From: Octopus vulgaris
Taxonomy: Eukaryota
Assembly: GCA_951406725.2 (NCBI GenBank)
Contig: OX597838.1
Location: 9,114,001-9,178,000, forward strand
Reading direction: 5' to 3'
DNA: 64,000 bases
The first letter of the stretch is position 1. Every line of letters begins with the position of its first letter. The notes under the pieces are model-generated. The model was not told the origin of the DNA. It made no database searches and was given only the letters and a program-made list of their open reading frames with translations. Below, piece after piece: positions 39,189-52,295 of the stretch. The position numbers were made by a program, and so were the translations under genes.

Positions 39189-39407
39189 CAGTGCTTTTCA
39201 AACTTTTTGCTGGAACGGAACCCCAAGGAAACATTCCACTGGCTCGAGGAACCCCTGTGCAATAATTTAATAGTCTTATGCACACATATCTGCACAGGAG
39301 AATTAAAAATTACTGCCGATTTTAGCAGTTTTGTAACTTCTTGCGGAACCCCTGGACTGTACTGGCAGAACCCTAAGGTTCCGAGGAACCCTGGTTGAAA
39401 ACCACTG
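39189..39407. mobile_element. hAT-type MITE (219 bp)
   Basis: CAGTG...CACTG TIRs; perfect 8-bp TSD gtgtaacg. Confidence 0.9.
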
Positions 39408-42400
39408 GTGTAACGTTTGGGGTTTCAGATATTGTGAAACAAGTCTACTAATGACGATGTTTTAATTCCATTCTAACAATTCAAAATTTGCCATTTTATG
39501 TTCCACTCTGAAGCAGTAGTTCAAAGCACAAAGCTTCATTCAATTGTTTTTAAGCTTCCTCATCAGACAACAATTTGCCACACGACAGAATCGTCTCTCA
39601 GGAATATTTACCGTTCTACATGCACTCTATTGGGATTCGTTATTAATCACAATGACCACAACTTAATAATGTCCACTTTTTCATACTTGCATGGATCAGA
39701 CAAAATGTGTCAAACGAACCATTTTACTAATCCTATTATGCTTGGCCCACTTTAAGTGAAGTTTGACAATTTCAAATTTAACCTCCACAATTTAGAGAGA
39801 TGACCAATCATTTTGTTAGCTCCCTAATGCTCTGCATCTCCTCCAAGTTGTTTTTACACCTCATTCATCATCATCATCATTTAACGTCCGCTTTCCATGC
39901 TAGCATGGGTTGGACGGTTTGACCAGGGTCTGGGAAGCCAGGAGGCTGCACCAGTCTCCAGTCTGATCTGGCAGTGTTTCTACAGCTGGATGCCCTTCTT
40001 AACGCCAACCACTCCGTGAGTGTAGTGGGTGCTTTTTACATGCCAGGGGATGCTGGCAACGACCACAATTGGTTGGTGGTTTTTACGTGCCACCGACACG
40101 GAAGCCAGTCAAGGCGGCGCTGGCATCGGCCACATACGGATGGTGCTTTTTACGTGCCAGGGTAGGCTGGCTACAGCCACAAACAGTTGGTGCTTTTTAG
40201 GTGCCAATCATCTTGATTTAATCCCTGTAGCAACTTAAATCCACTGTTTATACAGTTAATCTATTCAGCAGTGAAGCATTCACTAACTCACAGCCATCTT
40301 TGTTTTGATTCACTTCACTGCATCAATAAAACAACTGAAAAGCATTGGAATCAAAATTTCAAATATTTACGGTGTTTACTGATGGAAAGGATACTGGTTG
40401 TATTCCAGTGACAGGTGGTGGTGGTTGTACTGGGACAGGAATTCAAAGAGATTTAAAAAAAAAAAAAATTGTCAGCAAAGTGTTACAGAGGTAAGAAAAC
40501 TAAATTCTATAATTTTCGAGAATATCCTTCACTGCTTGAAACATTACACCATGGGACACACAAACATCTTAGTTTATGAATTTTTCTTTTGAATCTTTTC
40601 AAATTATTAGACCCTGTGCTAAATGCATGGATCGTTATCAGTTTCCTTGGAATCAAAAAAAAAAAAAAAAATTTTTTTTTATTTTTCTGTTAAACCATCA
40701 TCCAGTGCCAACCAAGTTTCAAAAACATCAAATCTCTCGACAAAAAAATAAATTTCTTCGAAACCAATGTTTTGGTGCTAGTTTCATCTCCCAACTGTTT
40801 ATCTCTGACAGTTTTCATTTTCTAGAAAATCTTGTGTATTAACTAAGTGAAATTTCATTGTAGAAGACCGTAACCCATGCAGAGTTACAACAAAGTAGTT
40901 TAAATTACAAACACTGAACAAGTCATTCACCATGTTGGTCATTTCCCCATGACTTGTGTCCGAGACCATTGGGACGTATTAAAATTCTTTAAAACCAAAT
41001 CTAACCTCACAATGTAAATACCGGAGGCATTGACTGGGAGAAAGAATTTGAATTTAAGGAGGTTTTTTTGTTTTCTTCTTTTTATCCCCCAAAACAATAA
41101 ACACTTATTTCTATAAATCTATTTATGTCTCTAACAGAGAATTAATTAATACAAATATTAATTGGCAAAAGATCAAGGAATGAATAAATTATCAGAAAAA
41201 AAATATGAATCATTCAAAATGGCTTCTCAATTATGTGTGTGTGTATGTATATATATATATACCCGATGGTTTAACACACTGCGCATCTCGATTTAACTTA
41301 GGCATCTCGCTGATGAAACCGGCCTTAGCAAACATATTCTGTCTGTTTGCTAGAAAGAGGTAAAAACTGATCAGTCCGGGATGTATCGTTAATGGTAAAT
41401 GTTTTTGATTTTCACTCTCGATAAATTTATCCCTTTCTTGGCATCCTTATTTAGGAGCCCTTAATTATATTTCTATATATATATATATACGTGGAGACGC
41501 AAGGGCCCAGTGGTTAGGGCAGCAGACTCGCGGTTTCGATTCCCAGACTGGGCGTTGTGAGTGTTTATTGAGCGAAACACCTGAAGCTCCACGAGGCTCC
41601 TGCAGGGGGGTGGTGGTGAACCCTGCTGTACTCTTTTGCCACAACTTTCGTCTGTTGGCCTGCCCACTTAGCCAGCGGGGTGGCGTCACTTGAAGGCAAA
41701 ATGCATTGTGACCAGCAATATGTAGCAACATCTGATAGCCTGGTCGGTCACGGTGATATATATATATATATATATATACATACACACACACACATACATA
41801 TATACATACACAGCTTTTCAGAACTAAATTTTTGTTTTAAAGGAGTGGGAAGAGGTAAACAGAAGGCAGTAATCATTGCTAATTGTTGATTTTAAAGTAC
41901 ACCTTTTATGCATGCAGGCCACGAGCACACATTTTGAGTACCTAATTTAATCTACTACTTCTACAACGGGCCCTTTGTGAAGTTACGAAGTAACTGACTC
42001 TGAAGTATATTGATACGTAAATACCCATTTTGTAACCAGATGACTTGATGGTATTAATTTAGGATTATACAGGGGAAATGTGTATAGCTTACTAATCGAG
42101 GATAACGTGTGGAAATCTTGCTTGGCTTCAGAATTCAAAAGAGCATACCCTTTACTCTTTTACTTGTTTCAGTCATTTGACTGCGGCCATGCTGGAGCAC
42201 CGCCTTTTAGTCGAGCAAACCAACCCCGGGAGTTATTCTTTGTAAACCCAGTACTTATTCTATCAGTCTCTTTTGCCGAACTGCTAAGTTACGGGGACGT
42301 AAACACACCAGCATCGGTTGTCAAGCAATGCTAGGGGGACAGACACACAAACACATACATATACATATATACGACAGGCTTCTTTCAGCATCTAGAGGAA

Positions 42401-43169
42401 TTTTTACTGTTTAGTTCCAGTGCCATAATGAATGTTATACAGATGAGAGATATGATGCTGGTCTACACAATAATAGTGTTACATAGATGAGACTGATGAT
42501 GCTAGTCTTTTTATTTAGGGTAAATACTTGTGCTCAGGGTGCTGCTCTGCTCTGTCTTTAAGTGCAGGAGTCGATGTCTTATTGGACAGTGAAGCAGCTC
42601 TATAGGTATTTCAGCAACACCAGAGCTGCCCAGGGGCCATCCACCTGCGTATGTGACAAAACCCCCCCATACAACAGCACAAGTTTTATCGAGTCAGATG
42701 TTGCTACCCTGGGCCAGATGGTTCTGCCACTGTCACTGCTTGCTCCCTGCTGCACCACCACCACTCAGCCTCTCTCTCTCTTGAACCAGACGTCAGCTAA
42801 CATTTCCTTCATAATCTTGTATTTATTTCTCCGCAAGTAAAGCGAGACACACGAAACGACATATGCTCTACAAATACACGAAAGCATGCAGAGGGTTTGA
42901 AATCAAGACCTCAGTTCTTCAATTCCCCAGTGAGGGTCACTCGACCTCTTAAACTGGATTATTATCACTACAACCATTTACATTGTGAGCTCAAATCCAG
43001 TCAGAGACAACTTATTTTACACTTAAAAGTTAATTAGTTCTAAGTCATTTCGTTGCGTTGTCTCTCCCTTCTCAAATGTGTAGCCTTGTACCAATGTAAG
43101 ACTTCTATTATTGAGAACAGGCAGAATCGGTAGAGCATCACACAAAATGCCTAGAGGTATTTGACTCAA

Positions 43170-43399
43170 GCGGCGAGCTGGCAGAAGCGTTAGCACACCG
43201 GGCGAAATGCTTAACGGTATTTCGTCTGCCGTTACGTTGTGAGTTCAAATTCCGCCGAGGTCGATTTTGCCTTTCATCCTTTCGGGGTCGATAAATTAAG
43301 TACCAGTTATGCACTGGGTCGATGTAATCGACTTAATACCTATGTCTGTCCTCGTTTTTCCACTCTGTGTTTAGCCCCTTGTGGGTAAGAAAGAAATAG
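43170..43399 (+). mobile_element. SINE family B (tRNA head + Nin/Deu-like domain gcctttcatcctttcggggtcgataaat); other copies at 3090-3505, 5277-5692, 13215-13936, 24575-25131, 30199-30421, 46237-46440, 48663-48860, 55699-55924, 61729-61875
   Basis: Repeated ~230-bp unit ending gtgggtaataaagaaata; 12-bp TSD aggtatttgact here. Confidence 0.85.
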
Positions 43400-44597
43400 G
43401 TATTTGACTTATTTCATTGAGTTCAAATTTTGCCATGGTTGACGAGTCAATAAACTATTAAGTACCAGTCATGTAATCGACTACCCTGTCCCCCCAAAAA
43501 TTTCAGATCTTGGGGCTAAAGCCGAAAGAAATTACCATCATCATCATGATCATGAGTAACAGATTGTTAAGTATGACTGGGCAATTGAATGGTTTTTATT
43601 CCTGTTGAACAGCTTCGCTTCATCCTTAGTTGCAGACAAAGTCTGTGAAGCAAGAAGAAGCGAGTAGATTGGAGAAACTTTGGAACAATTTAAAAAGGAA
43701 GGAGTGGATGGGGAGGGGGCAGAAAATTTAAATAAATTTATTCTAAGATGACCGTATGTTATATGCTTACACACACACACATATATATCTTTTACTCTTT
43801 TACTTGTTTCAGTCATTTGACTGCGGCCATGCTGGAGCACCGCCTTTAGTCGAGCAAATCGACCCCAGGACTTATTCTTTGTAAGCCCAGTACTTATTCG
43901 ATCGGTCTCTTTTGCCGAACCGCTAAGTGACGGGGACCTAAACACACCAGCATCGGTTGTCAAGCAATGCTAGGGGGACAAACACAGACACACAAACATA
44001 TATATATATACATATATACGACAGGCTTCTTTCAGTTTCCGTCTACCAAATCCACTCACAAGGCTTTGGTCGGCCCGAGGCTATAGCAGAAGACACTTGC
44101 CCAAGATGCCACGCAGTGGGACTGAACCCGATACCATGTGGTTGGTAAGCAAGCTACTTACCACACAGCCACTTCTGCGCCTATATATATATAATAATTT
44201 AATTATAGCCATGAAACGTATGTAGTGTTTTTACTTATTATATATTTATCATTCTTTTTATACTTTTTTGGGGGAAAAAAATTCAAATATATATATATAT
44301 ATATATTATATTTATATTATTTATGTTTTGTAGGTGCGGGCATGGGTGTGTGGTTAGGGTGCTTGCTTCCTAGCTACATGGTTTCAGGTTCAGTCCCACT
44401 GCGTGGCACTTTGGCCAGGTGTCTCTACTATAGCCCCGAGTTGACCGAAGCTTTGTGATTGAATTCAGTAGGCGGAAGTTACTGCCGTGTGTGTGTATAT
44501 GTTCGTGTAGGTGCTCAGCGCCTCTCCGAAAGAGAGAGGGTATTGGTTTATGTCTATCACTGTTTGAGTTGCCTAATAGTGGTTTTATCTCTAATTC

Positions 44598-44641
<44 letters not shown>

Positions 44642-44686
44642 CTAAATTTCTAAATCTCTCGTAGAGACATGTACGGTGGTGGGGCG

Positions 44687-44909
44687 ATAGAATGGTTGTA
44701 TACTGTCAATCTAACACGAACGTGACAGTAGGGGTGTACACCACCGCTGTATAGCCCTAGGAAGCATCGAATGCCTCCTGATGGCTTTGGACACAGGGAA
44801 AAATGTGTCAAAGCCATCAGGAGGCGTCGAGGCTTCCTAGGGCTATACAGCGGTGGTGTACCCCCTACTGTCACGTTCGTGTTAGATTGATAGTATACAA
44901 CCATTCTAT
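44687..44909. repeat. Long inverted repeat (arms ~107 bp, loop 8 nt)
   Basis: atagaatggttgtatact...acaca gggaaaaa tgtgt...agtatacaaccattctat. Confidence 0.95.
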
Positions 44910-45353
44910 ATATATATATATATTTTATATATATATACATATATATGCATACATACATACGCACACACACTAATTAACAGCCAAGATTGATACAAATATA
45001 TAAAAACTAAATGACAGATTTCAGAAAGGAAAACATTATTTTTGAGAACAAAGACAAGAGAGAGAGAATGAGCTGCTTGGTAGAAATTGAACTCGGCATC
45101 AACATCACTGGAATCTCATTTGGTGTTCTGTCATTGATTTTTTTTCTTTTTTTTTCCTTTTGTCCCCACATTTGAATTCTTGTCCACCGGTGCCTACCAT
45201 TTCAATGGTTCGATGGCATTTACATTAAGAAACAGAAAATAATTCTTACTTGATCCCATTGGCTTAAAAGTGGAAAAAAAAAAAAAAAAAAAAAAATTTC
45301 AACCCTTATCAAAATAAAAAGGAAGGGGTTTAATGTTCGTTAGAAGTTTAGTC

Positions 45354-45911
45354 TCATGGGAGTTGTGTGGGTTCAAGGAAATTTGCATCAATGGGTGAAT
45401 CAGTGTTGTATAACAATGATGGAGACGGTAATGAATTAATCTGTGGCTGCTCAGGAAGGGATTCCTGAGGTGGTGGTGGTGGTTGTTGTTGTTGTTGTTC
45501 TGTGAGAGAAACGAGTGCTACCTGTGCTGACACCTGGGATTGGATAGGGACAAGAGGAGGAGGTAACTTGTGAGTTTCCTCGCTGACTTCATCGATTTCG
45601 ACTTTGACCTTACGCGGTTTGATGGTCAGTGGGTTTCGTTCGAGAACATTCTGGATTTCCTGTTTGAAGTTCTCCTTGAACTCTTCGACGTCTCTCTGCA
45701 GTTGCATGGCTTCGGCCATCACCTTGTCGTGCCGCTTCTGCATCTCGGTCAACCTCTGCAGGTTCTCGTACATCAGGCGCATGCCTTCGCACATGTATTC
45801 GTTGCCACGCGAGGGAGGAGTCGCTTCTCCGGACATGTAGCGTTCAAACTCCACCTGGTTCAAACTAAGTGAGTCGGCAGCAATGTTCTCAATGAATGCC
45901 ACAGCACAACA
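45354..45911 (-). CDS. RABGEF1: RABGEF1 terminal coding exon (CCAVAFIE..., coiled coil, LPPPL, polyQ/P)
   Basis: ttgccag|; stop TGA at 45356-45354. Confidence 0.93.
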   Translation of the reverse strand, partial: CCAVAFIENIAADSLSLNQVEFERYMSGEATPPSRGNEYMCEGMRLMYENLQRLTEMQKRHDKVMAEAMQLQRDVEEFKENFKQEIQNVLERNPLTIKPRKVKVEIDEVSEETHKLPPPLVPIQSQVSAQVALVSLTEQQQQQPPPPPQESLPEQPQINSLPSPSLLYNTDSPIDANFLEPTQLP

Positions 45912-46065
45912 CTGGCAATAAACAAAACACAAGTGTTAATATCTACACGAAAAACAGAGACACAAACAAACAATTGTATTTAATTATTATAATAATAATC
46001 CTTTCTACAAAAGGCACAAGGCCTGCAAATGGTTTTGTTTTACTGTCAGCTGACTTTTAGCCAAC

Positions 46066-46110
<45 letters not shown>

Positions 46111-46177
46111 ATGTATGAAAGAGAGAGACAGACCTAATTACAGAGAATTATCAAAGCAAACACAGATTAATTGTTAA

Positions 46178-46598
46178 CCGTTTAGCAATTAAACTGGCCA
46201 TATCTGGCCCAAATATTCTGTTTTATGTTAAAGCATATTTCTTAATTACCCATAAGGGGTTAAACACAGAGAGGACAGACAAACAGATTAAGTCGACTAC
46301 ATCGACCCCAGTGCGTAACTGGTACTTAATTTATCGACCCCGAAAGGATGAAAGGTAAAGCCGACCTCGGCGGAATTTGAACTTGGAACGTAACGACAGA
46401 CGAAATACGCCCGGCGTGCTAACGTTTCTGCCAGCTCGCCGGGCAAGGTCTGGCCTCTCACACCTATCCTTCAGTGTCATTCTAAAAACAAACAATCACA
46501 TCACTGAAGTCTCAAAGCTACAAGACAATGCATGATTAATTCAAAACTATGAATAGAGAAGCATTACATCTGACAAAAGCAATCTCAATGCTAAACGG
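46178..46598. mobile_element. piggyBac-like MITE interrupted by a SINE
   Basis: TTAA|ccgtttagca ... tgctaaacgg|TTAA. Confidence 0.75.
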
Positions 46599-46635
46599 TT
46601 AAAAAAGGTTGTTACATGGAAAGCCAGATACTTAC

Positions 46636-46892
46636 AAGGTTGGTAAAATAATAGCCAGCCTCACCACTCATAAGTCGGCTGGGGTTGGAAAACCGGGTGA
46701 TGTACTGGATATTGGACTGGAGTAAAGGCGGGTTAGCCTTTAAGACAATGTAAATTAGAGCAGGCAGGAATTCATCGGCGCTGGCTGGACTGTCTTTCGA
46801 TGCACGCAACACTTCGAATATGTGTTTGCTGCATTTCACCAAACATGCTAATTTGTCTTGCGGTGCACGTTTCGAATTCATTTCAATAATAT
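46636..46892 (-). CDS. RABGEF1: RABGEF1 coding exon 5, VPS9 core
   Basis: [31 protein letters not shown]; tttcag|, |gtaagt. Confidence 0.96.
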
Positions 46893-47937
46893 CTGAAATA
46901 TCAGCAAATTATTCGTTCAATTAAATTAGCATCGTTGATAAAATATATAATCAGAAATAGCTAATTTAGCTCTTAGATTACTCGTTATATAAAAAAACAG
47001 GATTTAAAAAGGGCAAGAATAATCCTGAGAGTATTCTTGCACATGTGGCTGTGTGGTCAAGTACTTTGCTTCAAAACCACTTGGTTCTGGGTTCAGTACC
47101 ATGGCATGGCACCTTGGGCAGGTATCTTCTATTATAGCCCTGTGATAACCAAATCCTTGTGAGAGGATTTGGCAAACAGAAACTGAAAGAAGCTCATTAC
47201 ATATGTGTATATATATACCCGTGCACATGTGTGTTTGTCCTTCTGATAGCTGTAAACAAGCATCCCCGTCATACAAGCTGTGTTGTTTGTTTACAATTTT
47301 CCATTGAAACATGTCCAGCCACATGGAAACATTATCTTGCCTTGAAAAAAGGTGAGGCTTGGTGATAGGAAAGGCATCCAGCCATAGAAAATCTGCTTCG
47401 ACATATTCCAGCTGTGTACAGAAAAGGGGGATGTTGAAATCATTATCATCATCCTTTAACGTCCGCTTTCCATGCTGTCATGGGTTGGACGGTTCAACTG
47501 GGGTCTGGGAAGCCAGAAGGCTGCGCCAGGCCCAGTCTGATCTGGCAGTGTTTCTACAGCTGGATGCCCTTCCTAACGCCAACCACTCCAAAAGTGTAGT
47601 GGGTGGGTGCTTTTTACGTGCCACCTGCACAGGAGCCAGACGAGGCTGGCAACGGCCACAATCGGATGGTGATGAAAGAAAGAGACTGAGGGAGAGTTAT
47701 TTAACCTGCTAGAAATAGCAGCTAAACTATTCTCAGATAACACCTTAAGACAAACAAAAGAAAAAGGTCACATCAGCTCATATACTGAGATACTGTTTGC
47801 AAAAAAAAAAAAAAAAGAAAGATGGTTATGGATGGATTGTCTCTTATCAATGGTTAACCTGATCGGGGATGATGTGAAACTATTAACGAATTCATTAAAG
47901 CATTTAGTCTGATGCTTTACCATTTCTGTCAATTTAC

Positions 47938-48165
47938 CTGTAATTGCCTGGTCCACCAGTTGTCGAACCGCAGGTTCATGCTCAGCAATAGACATGTCCA
48001 GCATCTGTGGATTGACCCAATGGAAACTTCGAATACGAGCCTGGATGGTCAAGTCTTTCTCCTCATCATTGGTGTGTGGAGAACAGAAAACCAACCGGTA
48101 CAGAGTTGTCATGATGAATTTTTCTATGTAATCCATAAGCTGTTCTGTGGTTTCTGCAGTGCAAC
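47938..48165 (-). CDS. RABGEF1: RABGEF1 coding exon 4 (MDYIEKFIMTTLY..DEEKDLTIQARIRSFHWV)
   Basis: caacag|, G|gtaaat; phase 1-1. Confidence 0.93.
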
Positions 48166-49048
48166 CTGTTGAGTATAAGGGTAGAGGATCAGAGGAGTGG
48201 AAAAACTGGAAGCTGGATTAATAAGTCGGTTAGGTTACAGGGACGGTTTCTGATTCAACCGCCGGTCCCATAATTTCCAGTCATACTGAGATAAAGAGAT
48301 GAAATTAATTCTATGAATCCCTCCCACCTCTCAAAAATTGCTCTTTCTCTTCAAAGACAAAAAGTACCCCAACCATGCCCCACACCAACAAATGATACGT
48401 CCTCTACAAAAGTTCAAGGCAGACAGCCTATAACAAAAAACCACTCTTGTATTTTAGGACAGTGCTGCTATGCAACCAATAAAAGGTCATCCAATTGATT
48501 GGCATGAACTCCTTCACCCACAAGCTCTAACCCCTAGCTTTCCCCACACAAATGCTGTCCCTCCTCACTCAGCCTTTTCTGCTGTTACTACATTGACCAC
48601 TGATCTTTGGAACTGGCCAGTCTCTAACCCCCACTCAAGCATTCCCTCACCACCCCATGTTCCATTTCTCTACTACCCACAAGGGGCCAAACAAGGACAG
48701 ACAAAGAGATCAAGTCGATTACATCGCCCCAGTGCGTAACTGGTACTTAATTTATCGACCCCGAAAGGATGAAAGGCAAAGTCGACCTCGGAACGTAAAG
48801 ACAGATGAAATACGGCTACGCATTTCGCCCGGCATGCTAACATTTCTGCCCGCTCACCGCCCCATGTTCTGTCCACCACTACCCTAGACCCCTGCACTAA
48901 ACATAAATTCAAATCTTTCCAGTCCAGAATATTAATTCTCTGGAATTCCGTCCTGTCCACATTTTCCCTACAGTCTTCAACTTACAACAGGAAAAAGAGT
49001 CTGGACTTTTCATAAACTGTACAACCCATTTTTTTTTTTTATCAGAAA

Positions 49049-49562
49049 CTAGCAGTATCGCCCGGCGTTGCCCGGGTTTGTAAGGGAAATAACTATATAA
49101 GCATTTTTAGAGAGTTACTTCCGTTATAGATGCCAATTCGGGCTTTCTTAGCCACTTCTGTTTTGGTGTCTTCAAGCCATGAAGTCGTTGTTCTAAAAGA
49201 ACGCTGGTCTCCTTGACAACGCTTTACGACGTTGATTTCCTTACACTCCCTTCCCCACAGCTTCACGAGGGAGGGAAGAAGGGGGAGAAGCAACACAGGT
49301 GCAGATGTTAGCATGGACGCCAACTCCGCCGCCATTGACACACGAAAAAATATGCATTAAAATGGAATAAAAAATGATGTTAAATTATTTTTAAAATCGT
49401 AGACTCATCGTAGACGCGTGCTAATACTCAGACGGGCTCGATATGAATCACGACTATAAGATACCCGGTTTTGGTTAAACTGCACCGCAAAATGTGGGAG
49501 GAGTTAGGAATCTAAATCGAAGGGGACAGACACTCACACAACTACAGTTTTATATATATAGA
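49049..49562 (-). mobile_element. Non-autonomous Helitron, same ends, different interior
   Basis: Same termini as 25270-25662; A|TC...CTAG|T. Confidence 0.8.
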
Positions 49563-49592
49563 TATGTTTGGCATGAAACAGTTGAAACTTAC

Positions 49593-49853
49593 TGCTATAA
49601 AGCGGGGTTCCATGGAATTGATCAGACATGCTCTGGTAGAAATCTTGCACCATTTCAGACAGTTCCTCAATGGAATAGTCAGTGAGGTTATGGATCCGTT
49701 CATTCAAGTTTCGCACTCGTTTGGAAACATCGAGTGCAACTGGCTTCTTTAAAGTTTGAAGGAATTCAGCAAATTCACCACCAACCTGCTGACTCTCCAG
49801 GCTAGCACGTCGCACCTCCTTCTTTCGGGTGGCCAATTGATCCGGAGAAGATT
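49593..49853 (-). CDS. RABGEF1: RABGEF1 coding exon 3, helical bundle (...SIEELSEMVQDFYQ...)
   Basis: cttccag|, A|gtaagt; phase 1-1. Confidence 0.92.
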
Positions 49854-51652
49854 CTGGAAGAATAAGAGAAAAATACGATTTAGTATTTATAAGTGAGACA
49901 ACAGCAATGATTGTTACTAGAAGTCCTCTGCAATTCCTTCTCTCTTTTACTCTTTTACTTGTTTCAGTCATTTGACTACGGCCATGCTGGAGCACCGCCT
50001 TTAATCGAGCAACTCGACCCCGGGACTTATTCTTTTGTAAGCCCAGTACTTATTCTATCGGTCTCTTTTGCCGAACCGCTAAGTAACGGGGACGTAAACA
50101 CACCAGCATCTGTTGTCAAGCAATGCTAGGGGGACAAACACAGACATACAAAGACACACACGCATATATATATATATATATACATATATATACATATATA
50201 CGACGGGCTTCTTTCAGTTTCCGTCTACCAAATCCACTCACAAGGCTTTGGTCGGCCCGAGGCTATAGTAGAAGACACTTGCCCAAGGTGCCACGCAGTG
50301 GGACTGAACCCGGAACCATGTGGTTGGTAAACAAGCTACTTACCACACAGCCACTCCTGCGGTTTTTTTTTGCAATCATTGACTGGCTTATTATTCACTT
50401 TGATTTCATCAGAACCAGAAAGCTTTTGAAGGTCAAGGCCACCAAACCTCATAGACTCAGGTCTTGCATGGACCCTAGTATTGATAAGGCTTGAACTTAA
50501 TCTGGTTAACGTGACATGTAAGTGACTGAGATTACAAATGTTTGTCCCTATACCTAACAATGCCATTCAAAACTTAAGCAATAATATATAATATAATGAA
50601 ATCATTGTATACAGTGCTCAGGTGCACCACAACTTGTCAGAGTATATGCAGTAATGTACAAATGTCTGGAAAGCGAACAATGCATGAGTCCGATACATGC
50701 CTGTGTGTGTGTATGGAGGGGAGAAAATCAGGTGTAGTGTTGGCGAATCTCAGAAAGCATGGAAGTTTTGAAGGATGTAGTGCTCCGACAACTAACAACT
50801 GATGCCGGCAGTTTGTTCAATGCTTCAGCAACTCTCAGTGTGAAAAAATGTTTCCTAAGGTCATGGGAGCTGTGCTGTTTTCTGACTTTGGAATCTCAAA
50901 CTTACAAGATAATGCATAATTAATTCAAATCAATGTCAATGAACATTTATTACATTTGACGGAATAATCTGAATAGTAAAGGGCTAATGTCTGTTATGCC
51001 ATGCTTGGACAGGTGGGCAGCAAGGTTTTCTCCAAGACAAAAGCCAAAATTACAAGCTCAAAACAACCTTCGAACTTTAGGTCTCACCAAGGAAATGACT
51101 AGAGACCGAGACCTATAGAAGTATGCTGTGCGTGAGAAGACCCGGCAGGACAAGTGAGACTATAATTCATGGCCTCTACCTGGGATATAGCCAGTCTACT
51201 TATGCATACCTTTCCTTCTTGGGACACAAAACTCCACTTGTGAAGACCTGTTGAGGCAAGTGGAAATCAGAACCAAAATCGAAGGCAATCAACATCAATG
51301 GAAATTACAGCTGTGATACCAGTGCCGGTGGCACGTAAGTGAACCATCCGATCGTGGCCGTTGCCAGCCTCGCCTGGCCCCCGTGCCGGTGGCACGTAAA
51401 AAGCAGCATCCGACCGTGGCTGTTTGCCAGCCCTGTCTGGCACCTGTGCTGATGGCACGTAAAAAGCACCCACTACACTCACGGAGTGGTTGGCGTTAGG
51501 AAGGGCATCCAGCCGTAGAAACATTGCCAGATCAGACTGGGCCTGGTGCAGCCTTCTGGCTTCCCAGATCCCAGTTGAACCGTCCAACCCATGCTAGCAT
51601 GGAAAGCGGACGCTAAACGATGATGATGATGATGAAAATAATAGTAACAAAC

Positions 51653-51771
51653 CTTTCTGTAAGGGTCGTTTGAAGATGGATTTCACTGTGTGACTTCGTT
51701 TGTTTGTCTGTTGGGTTTTTTTCTCTTCAAACTTCGAGAAAGATGGTGGAGAGTCACCAAGTCCAGCCAGT
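51653..51771 (-). CDS. RABGEF1: RABGEF1 coding exon 2 (LAGLGDSPPSFSKFEEKK...)
   Basis: atttcag|, G|gtttgt; FSKFEEKK motif; phases 2/1 fit. Confidence 0.9.
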
Positions 51772-52295
51772 CTGAAATAAATAACAAAAGACATAGAAAT
51801 CAAAATTCTGTAGAAAAGAACAAAAAAAAGCAGTTTTAAATATTTCATCATCGTTGTTTTAATGTCAACTTTTTTTATATGCTGGGATGGGTCGGACAGA
51901 ATTCGATGAGTGAAGTTTTCCATTGTTGCTAATCCTCACCTGTTTCCTAGTAAGGTAATATTTCTCTGCGGCAAGACATGTTTTTATGGAACATTGCAAA
52001 CAAAGAACACAACTTGTATAACAACAACTACCATGTGATGTCAAGGCAAGGAGCCACACACACAACAGGCTTCTTTCAGTTTCTACATATCAAATCCACT
52101 CAGAGGGCTTTTGTTGATCTGGGGTTTTAGCATAAAACACTTGCCCAAGGTGTCACACTGTGGAATTGAACCCACAACCACATCATTGAGGAGCAAACTT
52201 CTTAACCACTCAGCTAAGCATAGTTTTCATTAAGCAAAATGGTTAGCATTAATGAGGTTATCTTTATATTTAATTAATCCTTTTGTTACCACATT

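Noticed and set aside
45570-45872. Antisense ORFs over the RABGEF1 last exon
   Set aside because: Shadow ORFs of a GC3-rich coding exon
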